A DNA stretch of 64,000 nucleotides, from the NCBI RefSeq assembly GCF_963921235.1, contig NC_086097.1:94614001-94678000 (forward strand). Reading direction: 5' to 3'. Shown one piece after another: positions 11,040-22,089 of this stretch (position 1 is the stretch's first letter; each line of letters opens with the position of its first letter). Made by a program: the position numbers and the translations under genes. Source of the DNA: Mobula hypostoma. Lineage: Eukaryota. The notes under the pieces are model-generated. The model saw only the letters and a program-made list of their open reading frames with translations. It was not told the origin of the DNA and did not search any database.

Positions 11040-13755
11040 TAGAACATAGAATAGTACAGCACAGTACAGGCCCTTCAGCCCACAATGTTGTGCCGACCCT
11101 CAAACTCTGCATCCCATATAAGCCCCCACCTTAGATTCCTCCATATACCTGTCTAATAGTCTCTTAAACTTCACTAGTGTATCTGCCTCCACCACTGACT
11201 CAGGCAGTGCATTCCACGCACCAACCACTCTCTGAGTAAAAAACCTTCCTCTAATATCCCCCTTGAACTTCCCACCCCATACCTTAAAGCCATGTCCTCT
11301 TGTATTGAGCAGTGGTGCCCTGGGGAAGAGGAGCTGGATATCCACTCTATCTATTCCTCTTATTATCTTGTACACCTCTATCATGTCTCCTCTCATCCTC
11401 CTTCTCTCCAAAGAGTAAAGCCCTAGCTCCCTTAATCTCTGATCATAATGCATACTTTCTAAACCAGGCAGCATTGTGATAAATCTTCTCTGTACCCTTT
11501 CCAATGCTTCCACATCCTTCCTATAGTGAGGTGACCAGAACTGGACACAATACTCCAAGTGAGGCCTAACCAGAGTTTTACAGAGCTGCATCATTACATC
11601 GTAACTCTTAAACTCTATCCCTCGACTTATGAAAGCTGACACCCCATAAGCTTTCTTAACTACCCTATCCACCTGTGCGTCAACTTTCAGGGATCTGTGG
11701 ACATGTACCCCGAGATCCCTCTGCTCCTCCACACTACCAAGTATCCTGCCATTTACTTTGTACTCTGCCTTGGAGCTTGTCCTTCCACAGTGTACCACCT
11801 CACACTTCTCCGGGTTGAACTCCATCTGCCACTTCTCAGCCCACTCCTGCATCCTATCAATATCTCTCTGCAATCTGTGACAATCCTCTACACTATCTAC
11901 AACACCACCAACCTTTGTGTCATCTGCAAACTTGCCAACCCACCCTTCTACCCCCACATCCAGGTTGTTAATAAAAATCACGAAAAGTAGAGGTCCCAGA
12001 ACAGATCCTTGTGGGACACCACTAGGCACAATCCTCCAATCTGAATGTACTCGCTCCACCACCACCCCCTGCCTTCTGCAGGCAAGCCAATTCTGAATCC
12101 ACCTGGCCAAACTTCCCTGGATCCCATGCCTTCTAACTTTCTGAATAAGCCTACCATGTGGAACCTTGTCAAATGCCTTACTAAAATCCATATAGATCAC
12201 ATCCACTGCACTACCCTCATCTATATGCCTGGCCACCTCCTCAAAGAACTCTATCAGGCTTGTTAGACACGATCTACCCTTCACAAAGCCATGCTGACTG
12301 TCCCTGATCAGACCATGATTCTCTAAATGCCTATAGATCCTATCTCTAAGAATCCTTTCCAACAGCTTTCCCACCACAGACGCAAGGCTCACTGGTCTAT
12401 AATTACCCAGACTATCCCTACTACCTTTTTTGAACAAGGGAACAACATTCGCCTCCCTCCAATCCTCCAGTACCATTCCCGTGGACAACGAGGACATAAA
12501 GATCCTAGCCAGAGGCTCAGCAATCTCTTCTCTCGCCTCGTGGAGCAGCCTGGGGAATATTCTGTCAGGCCCTGGGGACTTATCTGTCCTAATGTATTTT
12601 AACAACTCCAACACCTCTTCTCCCTTAATATCAACATGCTCCAGAACATCAACCTCACTCATATTGTCCTCACCATCATCAAGTTCCCTCTCATTGGTGA
12701 ATACCGAAGAGAAGTATTCATTGAGGACCTCGCTCACTTCCCCAGCCTCCAGGCACATCTTCCCACCTTTATCTCTAATCGGTCCTACCTTCACTCCTGT
12801 CATCCTTTTTTTCTTCACATAATTGAAGAATGCCTTGGGGTTTTCCTTTACCCTACTCGCCAAGGCCTTCTCATACCCCCTTCTTGCTCTTCTCAGCCCC
12901 TTCTTAAGCTCCTTTCTTGCTTCCCTATATTCAATAGACCCATCTGATCCTTGCTTCCTAAACCTCATGTATGCTGCCTTCTTCCTCCTGACTAGATTTT
13001 CCACCTCACTTGTCACCCATGGTTCCTTCACCCTACCATTCTTTATCTTCCTCACCGGGACAAATTTATCCCTAACATCCCACAAGAGATCTCTAAACAT
13101 CAACCACATGTCCATAGTACATTTCCCTGCAAAAACATCATCCCAATTCACACCCGCAAGTTCTAGCCTTATAGCCTCATAATTTGCCTTCCCCAATTAA
13201 AAATTTTCCTGTCCTCTTTGATTCTATCCTTTTCCATGATAATTATAAAGGCCAGGGAGCGGTGGTCACTGTCCCCCAGATGCTCACCCACTGAGAGATC
13301 TGTGACCTGACCCGGTTCATTACCTAGTACTAGATCTAGTATGGCATTCCCCCTGATCGGCCTGTCCACATACTGTGACAGGAATCCATCCTGGACACAC
13401 TTAACAAATTCTGCCCCATCTAAACCCTTGGAACTAATCAGGTGCCAATCAATATTAGGGAAGTTAAAGTCACCCATGATAACAACCCTGTTATTTTTGC
13501 ACCTTTCCGAAATCTGCCTCCCAATCTGCTCCTCTGTATCTCTGCTGCTACCAGGGGGCTATAGACTACCCCCAGTAGAGTAACTGCTCCCTTCCTGTTC
13601 CTGACTTCCACCCATATTGACTCAAAAGAGGATCCTGCTACATTACTCACCCTTTCTGTAGCTGTAATAGTATCCCTGCCCAGTAATGCCACCCCTCCTC
13701 CCCTTTTTCAGCCCTCTCTATCCCTTTTAAAGCACTGAAATCCAGGAATATTGAT
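11040..13755 (-). mobile_element. Young 5'-truncated CR1 LINE
   Basis: TSD ACTTTACA (11032-11039) / ACTTCACA (13756-13763); (TTCTATG)n tail; APE fragments at 13169-13692; long RT ORF. Confidence 0.95.
11100..13196 (-). CDS. CR1 ORF2 remnant with an uninterrupted reverse transcriptase domain (698 aa); N-terminal APE is frameshifted
   Basis: Motifs KSPGPD, NYRPVSL, QHGF, DFSKAFDKVPH, GVPQGSVLGPLLF, KFADDTK, DLGV, RPHLEYCVQFWSP. Confidence 0.93.
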   Translation of the reverse strand: MGKANYEAIRLELAGVNWDDVFAGKCTMDMWLMFRDLLWDVRDKFVPVRKIKNGRVKEPWVTSEVENLVRRKKAAYMRFRKQGSDGSIEYREARKELKKGLRRARRGYEKALASRVKENPKAFFNYVKKKRMTGVKVGPIRDKGGKMCLEAGEVSEVLNEYFSSVFTNERELDDGEDNMSEVDVLEHVDIKGEEVLELLKYIRTDKSPGPDRIFPRLLHEAREEIAEPLARIFMSSLSTGMVLEDWREANVVPLFKKGSRDSLGNYRPVSLASVVGKLLERILRDRIYRHLENHGLIRDSQHGFVKGRSCLTSLIEFFEEVARHIDEGSAVDVIYMDFSKAFDKVPHGRLIQKVRRHGIQGSLARWIQNWLACRRQGVVVERVHSDWRIVPSGVPQGSVLGPLLFVIFINNLDVGVEGWVGKFADDTKVGGVVDSVEDCHRLQRDIDRMQEWAEKWQMEFNPEKCEVVHCGRTSSKAEYKVNGRILGSVEEQRDLGVHVHRSLKVDAQVDRVVKKAYGVSAFISRGIEFKSYDVMMQLCKTLVRPHLEYCVQFWSPHYRKDVEALERVQRRFITMLPGLESMHYDQRLRELGLYSLERRRMRGDMIEVYKIIRGIDRVDIQLLFPRAPLLNTRGHGFKVWGGKFKGDIRGRFFTQRVVGAWNALPESVVEADTLVKFKRLLDRYMEESKVGAYMGCRV

Positions 13756-14004
13756 ACTTCACAACTCCTCCCATAGAGGGTCAGACACCCTGAGCCAATA
13801 GGCTGGACCTGGACTTATTTCATAATTTACTGGCATAATTTACATATTACTATTTAACTATTTATGGTTCTATTACTATTTATTATTTATGGTGCAACTG
13901 TAACGAAAACCAATTTCCCCCGGGATCAATAAAGTATGACTATGATCAATACATTCAATCGTGTTAACACTTACTTTTAAACCATGACCAGTCATAAACG
14001 GGGT

Positions 14005-14288
14005 GGGGATTCTCTCCGTGACCGGCCAGGGTCCCCGTTCGCGCGAGGTGGGGATTCTCTCCGTGACCGGACAGGGTCCTCGTTTACAGCGGGCGGGGAG
14101 TCTCTCCGTGACCGGACAGGGTCCCCGTTCGCGCGAGGCGGGGAGTCTCTCCGTCACCAGACAGGGTCCTCGTTCACACGGGGCGGGGAGTCTCACCGTG
14201 ACCGGACAGGGTCCCCATTCGCGCGAGGTGGGTAGTCTCTCCGTGACCGGACAGGGTCCCCGTTCGCACTGGGTGGGGAGTCTCTCTG
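14005..14288. repeat. 45-bp CpG-rich minisatellite, about 6.3 copies, with alternating variants
   Basis: Unit GGGGA(G/T)TCTCTCCGTGACCGGACAGGGTCC(C/T)CGTT...; 15-aa periodicity in ORF 14003-14563. Confidence 0.93.
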
Positions 14289-14904
14289 TAATGTTCATTC
14301 GACATGCTGGCCGTGTCTCTCTGTGGTTGAAGGTTGAAGGTGTGCTCCGCGCTTCAAAGAGTAAACCATTTCTCTTTGACGTAGGACAGTTATCTCGTAG
14401 ACCTCCGGGCTATCTCAGAGAAGATGACAAGAATGCGCTGGTGTTGCAGCAGCCTTGGCTGGCTCCCACACACTTTTTGTTCACAGACCTTCGTCTGTTT
14501 AAGACTCCCATAAACTGCAAAGGCGCTTGGAACCCGTGTCGTGCAGCTCTGTGCATAGTTTGATGCAGTCACAGCAGAAAGGTGCATCGGGACGAGGGCG
14601 TGTTGGGTACACTTTCCTCCGCTATTGTCTGAAGACTGTTCCATTGGAACCTGTCAGATACTTTTGGATCCCCAGGAGAACCGGAAGATAGCTCTGGTGC
14701 CTGCCCAGTAGAGAAATGGGGTGTGGGTGTGCCAAGTTTAGCAACACCAAGAGCCCCTCGTGTCTATTGACCAGCCCCTTGCCCACCAGTGTGAGGGAGT
14801 GTCCCTCTCACACCCCAAGTTGTCCTTTATCCACTTCAGCTAATTTCTGTTCCCAACTCGGACCTTCTGAACCAGATCCCCAGTACCTTCACCCCCAGCG
14901 GGGG

Positions 14905-17900
14905 CTACTGAGGTGACTTTAAACTAGAATGGTTGGGGGGTGGGAATCAAATTAAAGCGGCTAGGTGTGAGGAGGTTAGTTCACAACAGAGGGATGGGAA
15001 CCAGTGCAGAGAGACAGAGGGGTGTAAAGTGAGCGTAGAAGCAAAAAGTACAAAGGGGAAAAGTAAAAGTGGCAGGCCGACAAATCCAGGGCAAGCATTA
15101 AAAAGGGCTAAGAGAGTTGTAAAAGAGCGCCTGAAGGCTTTATGTGTCAATGCAAGGAGCATTCGTAATAAGGTGGATGAATTGAAAGTGCAGATTGTTA
15201 TTAATGATTATGATATAGTTGGGATCACAGAGATATGGCTCCAGGGTGACCAGGGATGGGAGCTCAACGTTCAGGGATATTCAATATTCAGGAGGGATAG
15301 ACACGAAGGAAGGGGAGGTGGGGTGGCGTTGCTGCTTAAAAAAGAGATTAACGCAATAGAAAGGAAGGACATAAGCCGGGAAGATGTGGAATCGATATGG
15401 GTAGAGCTGCGTAACACTAAGGGGCAGAAGACGCTGGTGGGAGTTGTGTACAGGCCACCTAACAGTAGTAGTGAAGTCGGAGATGGTATTAAACAGGAAA
15501 TTAGAAATGTGTGCAATAAAGGAACAGCAGTTATAATGGGTGACTTCAATCTACATGTAGACTGGGTGAACCAAATTGGTAAAGGTGCTGAGGAAGAGGA
15601 TTTCTTGGAATGTATGCGGGATGGTTTTTTTGAACCAACATGTCGAGGAACCGACTAGAGAGCAGGCTATTCTGGACTGGGTTTTGAGCAATGAGGAAGG
15701 GTTAATTAGCGATCTTGTCGTGAGAGGCCCCTTGGGTAAGAGTGACCATAATATGGTGGAATTCTTCATTAACATGGAGAGTGATGTAGTTAATTCAGAA
15801 ACAAAGGTTCTGAACTTAAAGAGGGGTAACTTTGAAGGTATGAGACGTGAATTAGCTAAGATAGACTGGCAAATGACACTTCAAGGATTGACGGTGGATA
15901 TGCAATGGCAGGCATTTAAAGGTTGCATGGATGAACTACAACAATTGTTCATCCCAGTTTGGCAAAAGAATAAATCAAGGAAGGTAGTGCACCCGTGGCT
16001 GACAAGAGAAATTAGGGATAGTATCAATTCCAAAGAAGTAGCATACAAATTAGCCAGAGAAAGTGGCTCACCTGAGGACTGGGAGAAATTCAGAGTTCAG
16101 CAGAGGAGGACAAAGGGCTTAATTAGGAAGGGGGAAAAAAGATTATGAGAGAAAACTGGCAGAGAACATAAAAACGGACTGTAAAAGCTTTTATAGATAT
16201 GTAAAAAGGAAAAGACTGATAAAGACAAATGTAGGTCCCCTGCAAACAGAAACAGGTGAATTGATTATGGGGAGCAAGGACATGGCAGACCAATTGAATA
16301 ATTACTTTGGTTCTGTCTTCACTAAGGAGGACATAAATAATCTTCCAGAAATAGTAAGGGACAGAGTGTCCAGTGAGATGGAGGAACTGAGCGAAATACA
16401 TGTTAGTAGGGAAGTGGTGTTAGGTAAATTGAAGGGATTGAAGGCAGATAAATCCCCAGGGCCAGATGGTCTGCATCCCAGAGTGCTTAAGGAAGTGGCC
16501 CAAGAAATAGTGGTTGCAGTAGTGATAATTTTTCAAAACTCGTTAGATTCTGGACTAGTTCCTGAGGATTGGAGGGTGGCTAATGTAACCCCACTTTTTA
16601 AAAAAGGAGGGAGAGAGAAACCAGGGAATTATAGGCCGGTTAGCCTAACGTCGGTGGTGGGGAAACTGCTGGAGTCAGTTATCAAGGATGTGATAACAGC
16701 ACATTTGGAAAGCGGTGAAATGATCGGACAAAGTCAGCATGGATTTGTGAAAGGAAAATCATGTCTGACGAATCTCATAGAATTTTTTGAGGATGTAACT
16801 AGTAGAGTGGATAGGGGAGAACCAGTGGATGTGGTATATTTGGATTTTCAAAAGGCTTTTGACAAGGTCCCACATAGGAGATTAGTGTGCAAACTTAAAG
16901 CACACGGTATTGGGGGTAAGGTATTGGTGTGGGTGGAGAATTGGTTAGCAGACAGGAAGCAAAGAGTGGGAATAAACGGGACCTTTTCAGAATGGCAGGC
17001 GGTGACTAGTGGGGTACCGCAAGGCTCAGTGCTGGGACCCCAGTTGTTTACAATATATATTAATGACTTGGATGAGGGAATTAAATGCAGCATCTCCAAG
17101 TTTGCGGATGACACGAAGCTGGGTGGCAGTGTTAGCAGTGAGGATGATGCTAAGAGGATGCAGGGTGACTTGGATAGGTTGGGTGAGTGGGCAAACTCAT
17201 GGCAGATGCAATTTAATGTGGATAAATGTGAAGTTATCCACTTTGGTGGCAAAAATAGGAAAACAGATTGTTATCTGAATGGTGGCCGATTAGGAAAAGG
17301 GGAGGTGCAACGAGACCTGGGTGTCATTATACACCAGTCATTGAAAGTGGGCATGCAGGTACAGCAGGCGGTGAAAAAGGCGAACGGTATGCTGGCATTT
17401 ATAGCGAGAGGATTCGAGTACAGGAGCAGGGAGGTACTACTGCAGTTGTACAAGGCCTTGGTGAGACCACACCTGGAGTATTGTGTGCAGTTTTGGTCCC
17501 CTAATCTGAGGAAAGACATCTTTGCCATAGAGGGAGTACAAAGAAGGTTCACCAGATTGATTCCTGGGATGGCAGGTCTTTCATATGAAGAAAGACTGGA
17601 TGAACTGGGCTTGTACTCGTTGGAATTTAGAAGATTGAGGGGGGATCTGATTGAAACGTATAAGATCCTAAAGGGATTGGACAGGCTAGATGCGGGAAGA
17701 TTGTTCCCGATGTTGGGGAGGTCTAGAACGAGGGGTCACAGTTTGAGGATAGAGGGGAAGCCTTTTAGGACCGAGGTTAGGAAAAACTTCTTCACACAGA
17801 GAGTGGTGAATCTGTGGAATTCTCTGCCACAGCAAACTGTTGAGGCCAGTTCATTAGCTATGTTTAAAAGGAAGTTAGATATGGCCCTTGTGGCTACAGG

Positions 17901-18030
17901 GGTCAGGGGGTATGGAGGGAAGGCTGGGTTCTGAGTTGGATGATCAGCCATGATCATAATAAATGGCGGTGCAGGCTCGAAGGGCCGAATGGCCTACTCC
18001 TGCACCTATTTTCTATGTTTCTATGTTTCT
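14905..18030 (+). mobile_element. Young CR1 LINE with complete ORF2 region, truncated at the end of ORF1
   Basis: APE (NARSIRNK, GITEIWL, GDFN, LGKSDH) and RT in three consecutive ORFs 14933-15658, 15576-16148 and 16261-17934; 3' tail (TTTCTATG)n at about 18008-18030. Confidence 0.96.
16261..17934 (+). CDS. CR1 ORF2 reverse transcriptase portion (557 aa), open frame
   Basis: NYRPVSLTS, DFQKAFDKVPH, GVPQGSVLGPQLF, KFADDTK. Confidence 0.93.
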   Translation: MIMGSKDMADQLNNYFGSVFTKEDINNLPEIVRDRVSSEMEELSEIHVSREVVLGKLKGLKADKSPGPDGLHPRVLKEVAQEIVVAVVIIFQNSLDSGLVPEDWRVANVTPLFKKGGREKPGNYRPVSLTSVVGKLLESVIKDVITAHLESGEMIGQSQHGFVKGKSCLTNLIEFFEDVTSRVDRGEPVDVVYLDFQKAFDKVPHRRLVCKLKAHGIGGKVLVWVENWLADRKQRVGINGTFSEWQAVTSGVPQGSVLGPQLFTIYINDLDEGIKCSISKFADDTKLGGSVSSEDDAKRMQGDLDRLGEWANSWQMQFNVDKCEVIHFGGKNRKTDCYLNGGRLGKGEVQRDLGVIIHQSLKVGMQVQQAVKKANGMLAFIARGFEYRSREVLLQLYKALVRPHLEYCVQFWSPNLRKDIFAIEGVQRRFTRLIPGMAGLSYEERLDELGLYSLEFRRLRGDLIETYKILKGLDRLDAGRLFPMLGRSRTRGHSLRIEGKPFRTEVRKNFFTQRVVNLWNSLPQQTVEASSLAMFKRKLDMALVATGVRGYGGKAGF

Positions 18031-18550
18031 TCTGGCATTCAGACTTGACAGTGAAGGAGATAATAGACCCATGACCGAAGAACATGGTCCTGGTCGTCCT
18101 GTGACTTTCTCTTGACCCTGATGCTAACTCAAATGTAGCAGACGGCATTAAAACTGTGAACTGACCGGTGAATCTGAGCAGGAGAGACCCCATTGCCTGG
18201 TCTCACTACCCCTCCATGTCCTCACATCTGCTCCTGAAGGATTCAGCACAGGGCTCCATGCAATGACAAACAAGATGGGGGAGAGGAGATAACCCCGTCT
18301 GATTGCAGACTAAATGGGAAACCCAGCATTTCATTTGGACCGCACTACGGATATCTATGTAGAGCATTGGATCCATTTCCTGGTTCCTTTCTCAGAGCCT
18401 TGATATCCCAGTCCAAGACTGACCAGATAATGTCAACCCCCCTGTCCTGCATGTCTGTGATGATATCACTGAGCTCCCACCCCACACCGTGAAGAAGACG
18501 CCTGGCCTTGTTATGAAATGATCCATTCAGATTGACATTGAGATACTACC

Positions 18551-19287
18551 TGTCATAAGGTGGTGGCTGGGAACGGACCCAAGTGCAAGACACAGACACT
18601 GAAGTACTAGGGACAGGACTAGTATACAGGGTGAGGGCCAGGACATGGACACAGAAACCAGGAACCCGGAACAGGATCGGACAAGAGAGCAAGGAGCCTG
18701 GGCTTGGACTCCAAGCCAGAGACTGGACACGGACCCAGAACCTGGGTCTTGCCTCTGGCTCGGACCCCAGAACTAGGCAAGGACTTGACTTGGCTGGCAA
18801 GCAGGGCGAGACTGGAGGCCAGAGGCTTGAGGTGAGGCTGGAGGCCAGAGACTTGGGGTCTTGAAGCTTCTCCTGGGCAGGACACGGATCTCCACCCAAC
18901 GGAGGGAAGGGACAGATCCAACCGCAGGTAACGGCAAGACGGCCTGGCTTACTCGGCGGAGGCAAGGGTTAGGAAGGGAGCTAAGTACAGGGTGGCTCCA
19001 AGACAAGACTTCAGGCAGGACGAGGCGAGAGTTACCAGCAAGACAAGGCAAGGCTTCAGGCGAGGAAACAGAAGGCAGGGGAAGGGATACAAGGAGTAAG
19101 GACAAGAACAATCCAGCAGCCACGCCCTGCTCTCTGGAGGTATTTATGCAGCCAGCCCCAACGAGCATCAGCTGCCTCAATTAGTGCTCAAGAGGAACAG
19201 AAACAGGGTAGACAGGAAAACCTGGAACAAGGGTCGATGGACTGGACAGTGAACCGGAATGCGGACTTCATGGACCAGACCATGACA
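18551..19287 (-). mobile_element. Solo LTR, copy 1 (737 bp), probably Gypsy-type
   Basis: Termini TGTCAT...ATGACA; 5-bp TSD CTACC (18546-18550, 19288-19292). Strand is inferred from a TATA-like CATAAATA on the minus strand near 19141-19148. Confidence 0.85.
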
Positions 19288-19782
19288 CTACCAGTCCTCT
19301 ACAGAACACTTCCTTCCAGAATGCACCTTTGACCTTAAGTCTATCAGGCAGTGGTCAGCCTGGAACATCCTGCAGGTAATGTGAGAAAACACATGATAGA
19401 TACCGTTCCTCGGGCAGACTGTCTAAACCAGGGGTCCCCAACCTTTTTTGCACTGCGGACCGCCGACCGGGGGGGCGGGGTATGGTTGCCAACGGACAAG
19501 AGTAGCAGTCAAATACATTGTGTTTACCCAGAAAAGACTACAATGACCATGAAGCCTTGCGCGGGCACCAGTGCGCATGCGTGTACCTGCCGATTTTTTC
19601 CCTGCAAATTGTTTTTGTCTATTCTGTTCGGGGGTGGGGTGGAGGTGTTAATCACGACCGGAATATAGGTGATAAGTGGCTAATACACTCAATTTTATTT
19701 CTAAAAGGGTTTATCTAACGAATTTAATATTAAACACACAGCGCATATTTTGCACGCATGAATATAGTGATAAGTCAATTAT

Positions 19783-20015
19783 CAGGGGAGGACAGGGGAG
19801 CTTGAAGTAAGTGTTGAACAAACTTCCAGTAGAAGTGGTAAAGGCAGGTTCCAAATTATCATTTAAAGAAAAATTGGATAGGCATATGGACAGGAAAGGA
19901 ATGGAGGGTTATGGGCTGACTGCAGGTTGGTGGGACTAGGTGAGAGTAGCGTTCGGCACGGACTAGAAGGGCCGAGATGGCTTGTTTCCATGCTGTAATT
20001 GTTATATGGTTATAT
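19783..20015 (+). mobile_element. CR1 3'-end fragment inside hAT copy 2
   Basis: ...TTGGATAGGCATATGGA...GAAGGGCCGAGATGGCTTGTTTCCATGCTGT matches other CR1 tails in the window; absent from copy 1. Confidence 0.8.
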
Positions 20016-20417
20016 AAGTAAGTCAATAGCATCATAACATTTTAAGTAACATTTGGATATTAAACACACAGCACATATTTTCCCCGTATGAACATATAAA
20101 ATCATTGCAACGCACCAATATTGCTGAATCAGTGGGAGCCCTGGGCTTGTTTCCCTGCAACAAGACGGTCCTATCGAGGGGTGATGGGAGACAGCAATAC
20201 TCGAAGGGGGTTCCTTATTTCCAGTCAATTCCACAATTTAGTTCTCGTTGCATTCATTGCACAGATATGTAGGAAATGGAAGTAATGTTTTCAGTGCTTT
20301 CGTGGCTAGCTCAGGATATTTAGCCTTGACTTTGATCCAGAATGCCGGCAGAGATGTTATGTCAAACATACTTTTCAGCCTGCCGTCATTTACAAGCTCG
20401 AGGAGTTGATCTCCTTC

Positions 20418-21561
20418 TGTCATATGGCGGTGGCTGGGAATGGACCCAAGTGCAAGACACAGACACTGAAGTACTAGGGACAGGACTAGGATTCAGGCTG
20501 ATGGCAAGAACATGGACACGAAAACCGGGAACCTGGAACAGGACTGGACAAGAGAGCTAGGAGCCCGGGCTTGGACTCCGAGCCCGAGACTGGACAAGGA
20601 CCCAGTACCTGGGTCTTGCCTCTGGCTCAGACCCCAGAACCAGGCAAGGACGAGGCTAGAGTCTTCAGGCTTGAGGCTAGGCAAGAGACGAGGCGAGGCT
20701 TGGCAGGAGGTTGGAGACGTGAGACTAGAGGTGAGGCGAGGCTGGAGGCTAGAGACTAGAGGTGAGGCGAGGCTGGAGACTGGAGGCTAGAGACTAGAGG
20801 CGAGGTTGGAGGCTGGAGGCTAGAGACTCGAGGCGAGGTGAGGCTGGAGGCTAGAGACTTGAGGTGAGGCTGGAGGCTAGAGACTTGAGGTGAGGCTGGA
20901 GGCTAGAGACTTGAGGCTGGAGGCAGGAGACTTGAAGCGAGGCAAGGCTGGAGGCTAAAGGCAGGAGACTTGAGGTGAGGTGAGGCGAGGCTGGAGGCAG
21001 GAGACTTGAGGCGAGGCAAGGCTGGAGGCTGGAGGCAGGACACTTAAGGTGAGGCTTGGCAGGCTCTTCCTGGGCAGGGCGCAGATCACCACCCAACAGA
21101 GGCAAGGGACAGGAAGGGACAGAACCAACCCCAGGTAACAGCAAGACGGCCTGGCTTACCTGGGCGGAGGCAAGGGACAGAAGGGAGCTCGGTACAGGGT
21201 GGCTCCAGGACAAGCCTGCAGGTGAGACGAGGCGAGAGTTACCAGCAAGATAAGGCAAGGCTTCTAGCAAAGCAAGGTGAGACGAGAATTTCAGGTGAGG
21301 CGAGAGTTACTGGCAAGAGAAAGCAGGGCTTCAGGTGAGGAAACAGAAGGCAGAGGAAGGGATACAAGGAGTAAGGACAAGAACAATCCAGCAGCCACGC
21401 CCTGGTCTCTGGAGGTATCTATGCAGCCAGCCCCAACGAGCATCAGCTGACTCAATTAGAGCTCAACAAGCCAGAAACAGGGTAGACAGGAAAACCTGGA
21501 ACAAGGTTCGATGGATTGGACCGTGAACTGGAATACGGACTTCATGGACCGGACCTTGACA
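20418..21561 (-). mobile_element. Solo LTR, copy 2 (1144 bp), with an expanded internal short-repeat array (about 20650-21060)
   Basis: TGTCA...TGACA termini; 5-bp TSD CCTTC (20413-20417, 21562-21566); collinear with copy 1; array of GAGGCTGGAGGCTAGAGACT-type units. Confidence 0.88.
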
Positions 21562-22089
21562 CCTTCCCGCGCTGACATGGATGACGCCCGGGTAATGACC
21601 TCGCATGCGTAATGGCGCAACAGTGGGCTTGACGGGGAATGAGGAAAGGTGCAGCTGACTCATATCGCCAAATCATATCGTTTCCTCGCAGCCCAGTAGT
21701 GCACGTCTTGCATGGGTGGTTGGGGACCACTGGTCTAAACCATCTATCACCAGAATACGAGAACAAGTACAAGATCTTGTTTGTCTCATTCCTGAAATAC
21801 GCTGTCCTCAGGACAGCTGTGATGAGGATGAAACAATTGCCCGTCTTGGTGTGGACTGTTGTTTTACCAAAAAGTTCTGGAAAAAGATGCGAGGTTTGGT
21901 CTGAGTGCAGTGTAACAGAGGGCTCTAGTCTCATCTCCGGGATTCACTCCGAGATGCTGCTGGAAAGTCATCAACTTGCTGAAAGACAATCTTTGGTCTG
22001 CCCAAAACTTGTTGGCCTCACTATGTGAGGGAATTCTGCCGGCTGGTACATCCAAACCTGCAGGAGTGCGTGTTGAGTGAGGCACTGAA

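Larger units (their letters stand above)
10781..13950 (+). mobile_element. Rex1/Babar 3' fragment (10781-11039 and 13756-13950) split by a CR1 insertion
   Basis: RINKLICKA...SHPLH...RCNTERHRKSFLPVAIKLY is Rex1-type C-terminal sequence; it resumes as ...ACAACTCCTCC after the CR1 and ends GGGATCAATAAAG + (TATGAC)n. Confidence 0.85.
19429..21732 (-). mobile_element. Non-autonomous hAT element, copy 2 (same family as 832-2120, inverted), containing a solo LTR and a CR1 tail
   Basis: 8-bp TSD GTCTAAAC (19421-19428, 21733-21740); TIRs CAGGGGTCCCCAACC / GGTTTGGGGACCACTG; same transposase remnant (ORF 20238-20423). Confidence 0.93.

Noticed and set aside
18551..21561. One LTR retrotransposon bounded by two LTRs
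   Set aside because: Each LTR has its own TSD, and the spacer is Tx1 plus hAT sequence, not gag-pol.
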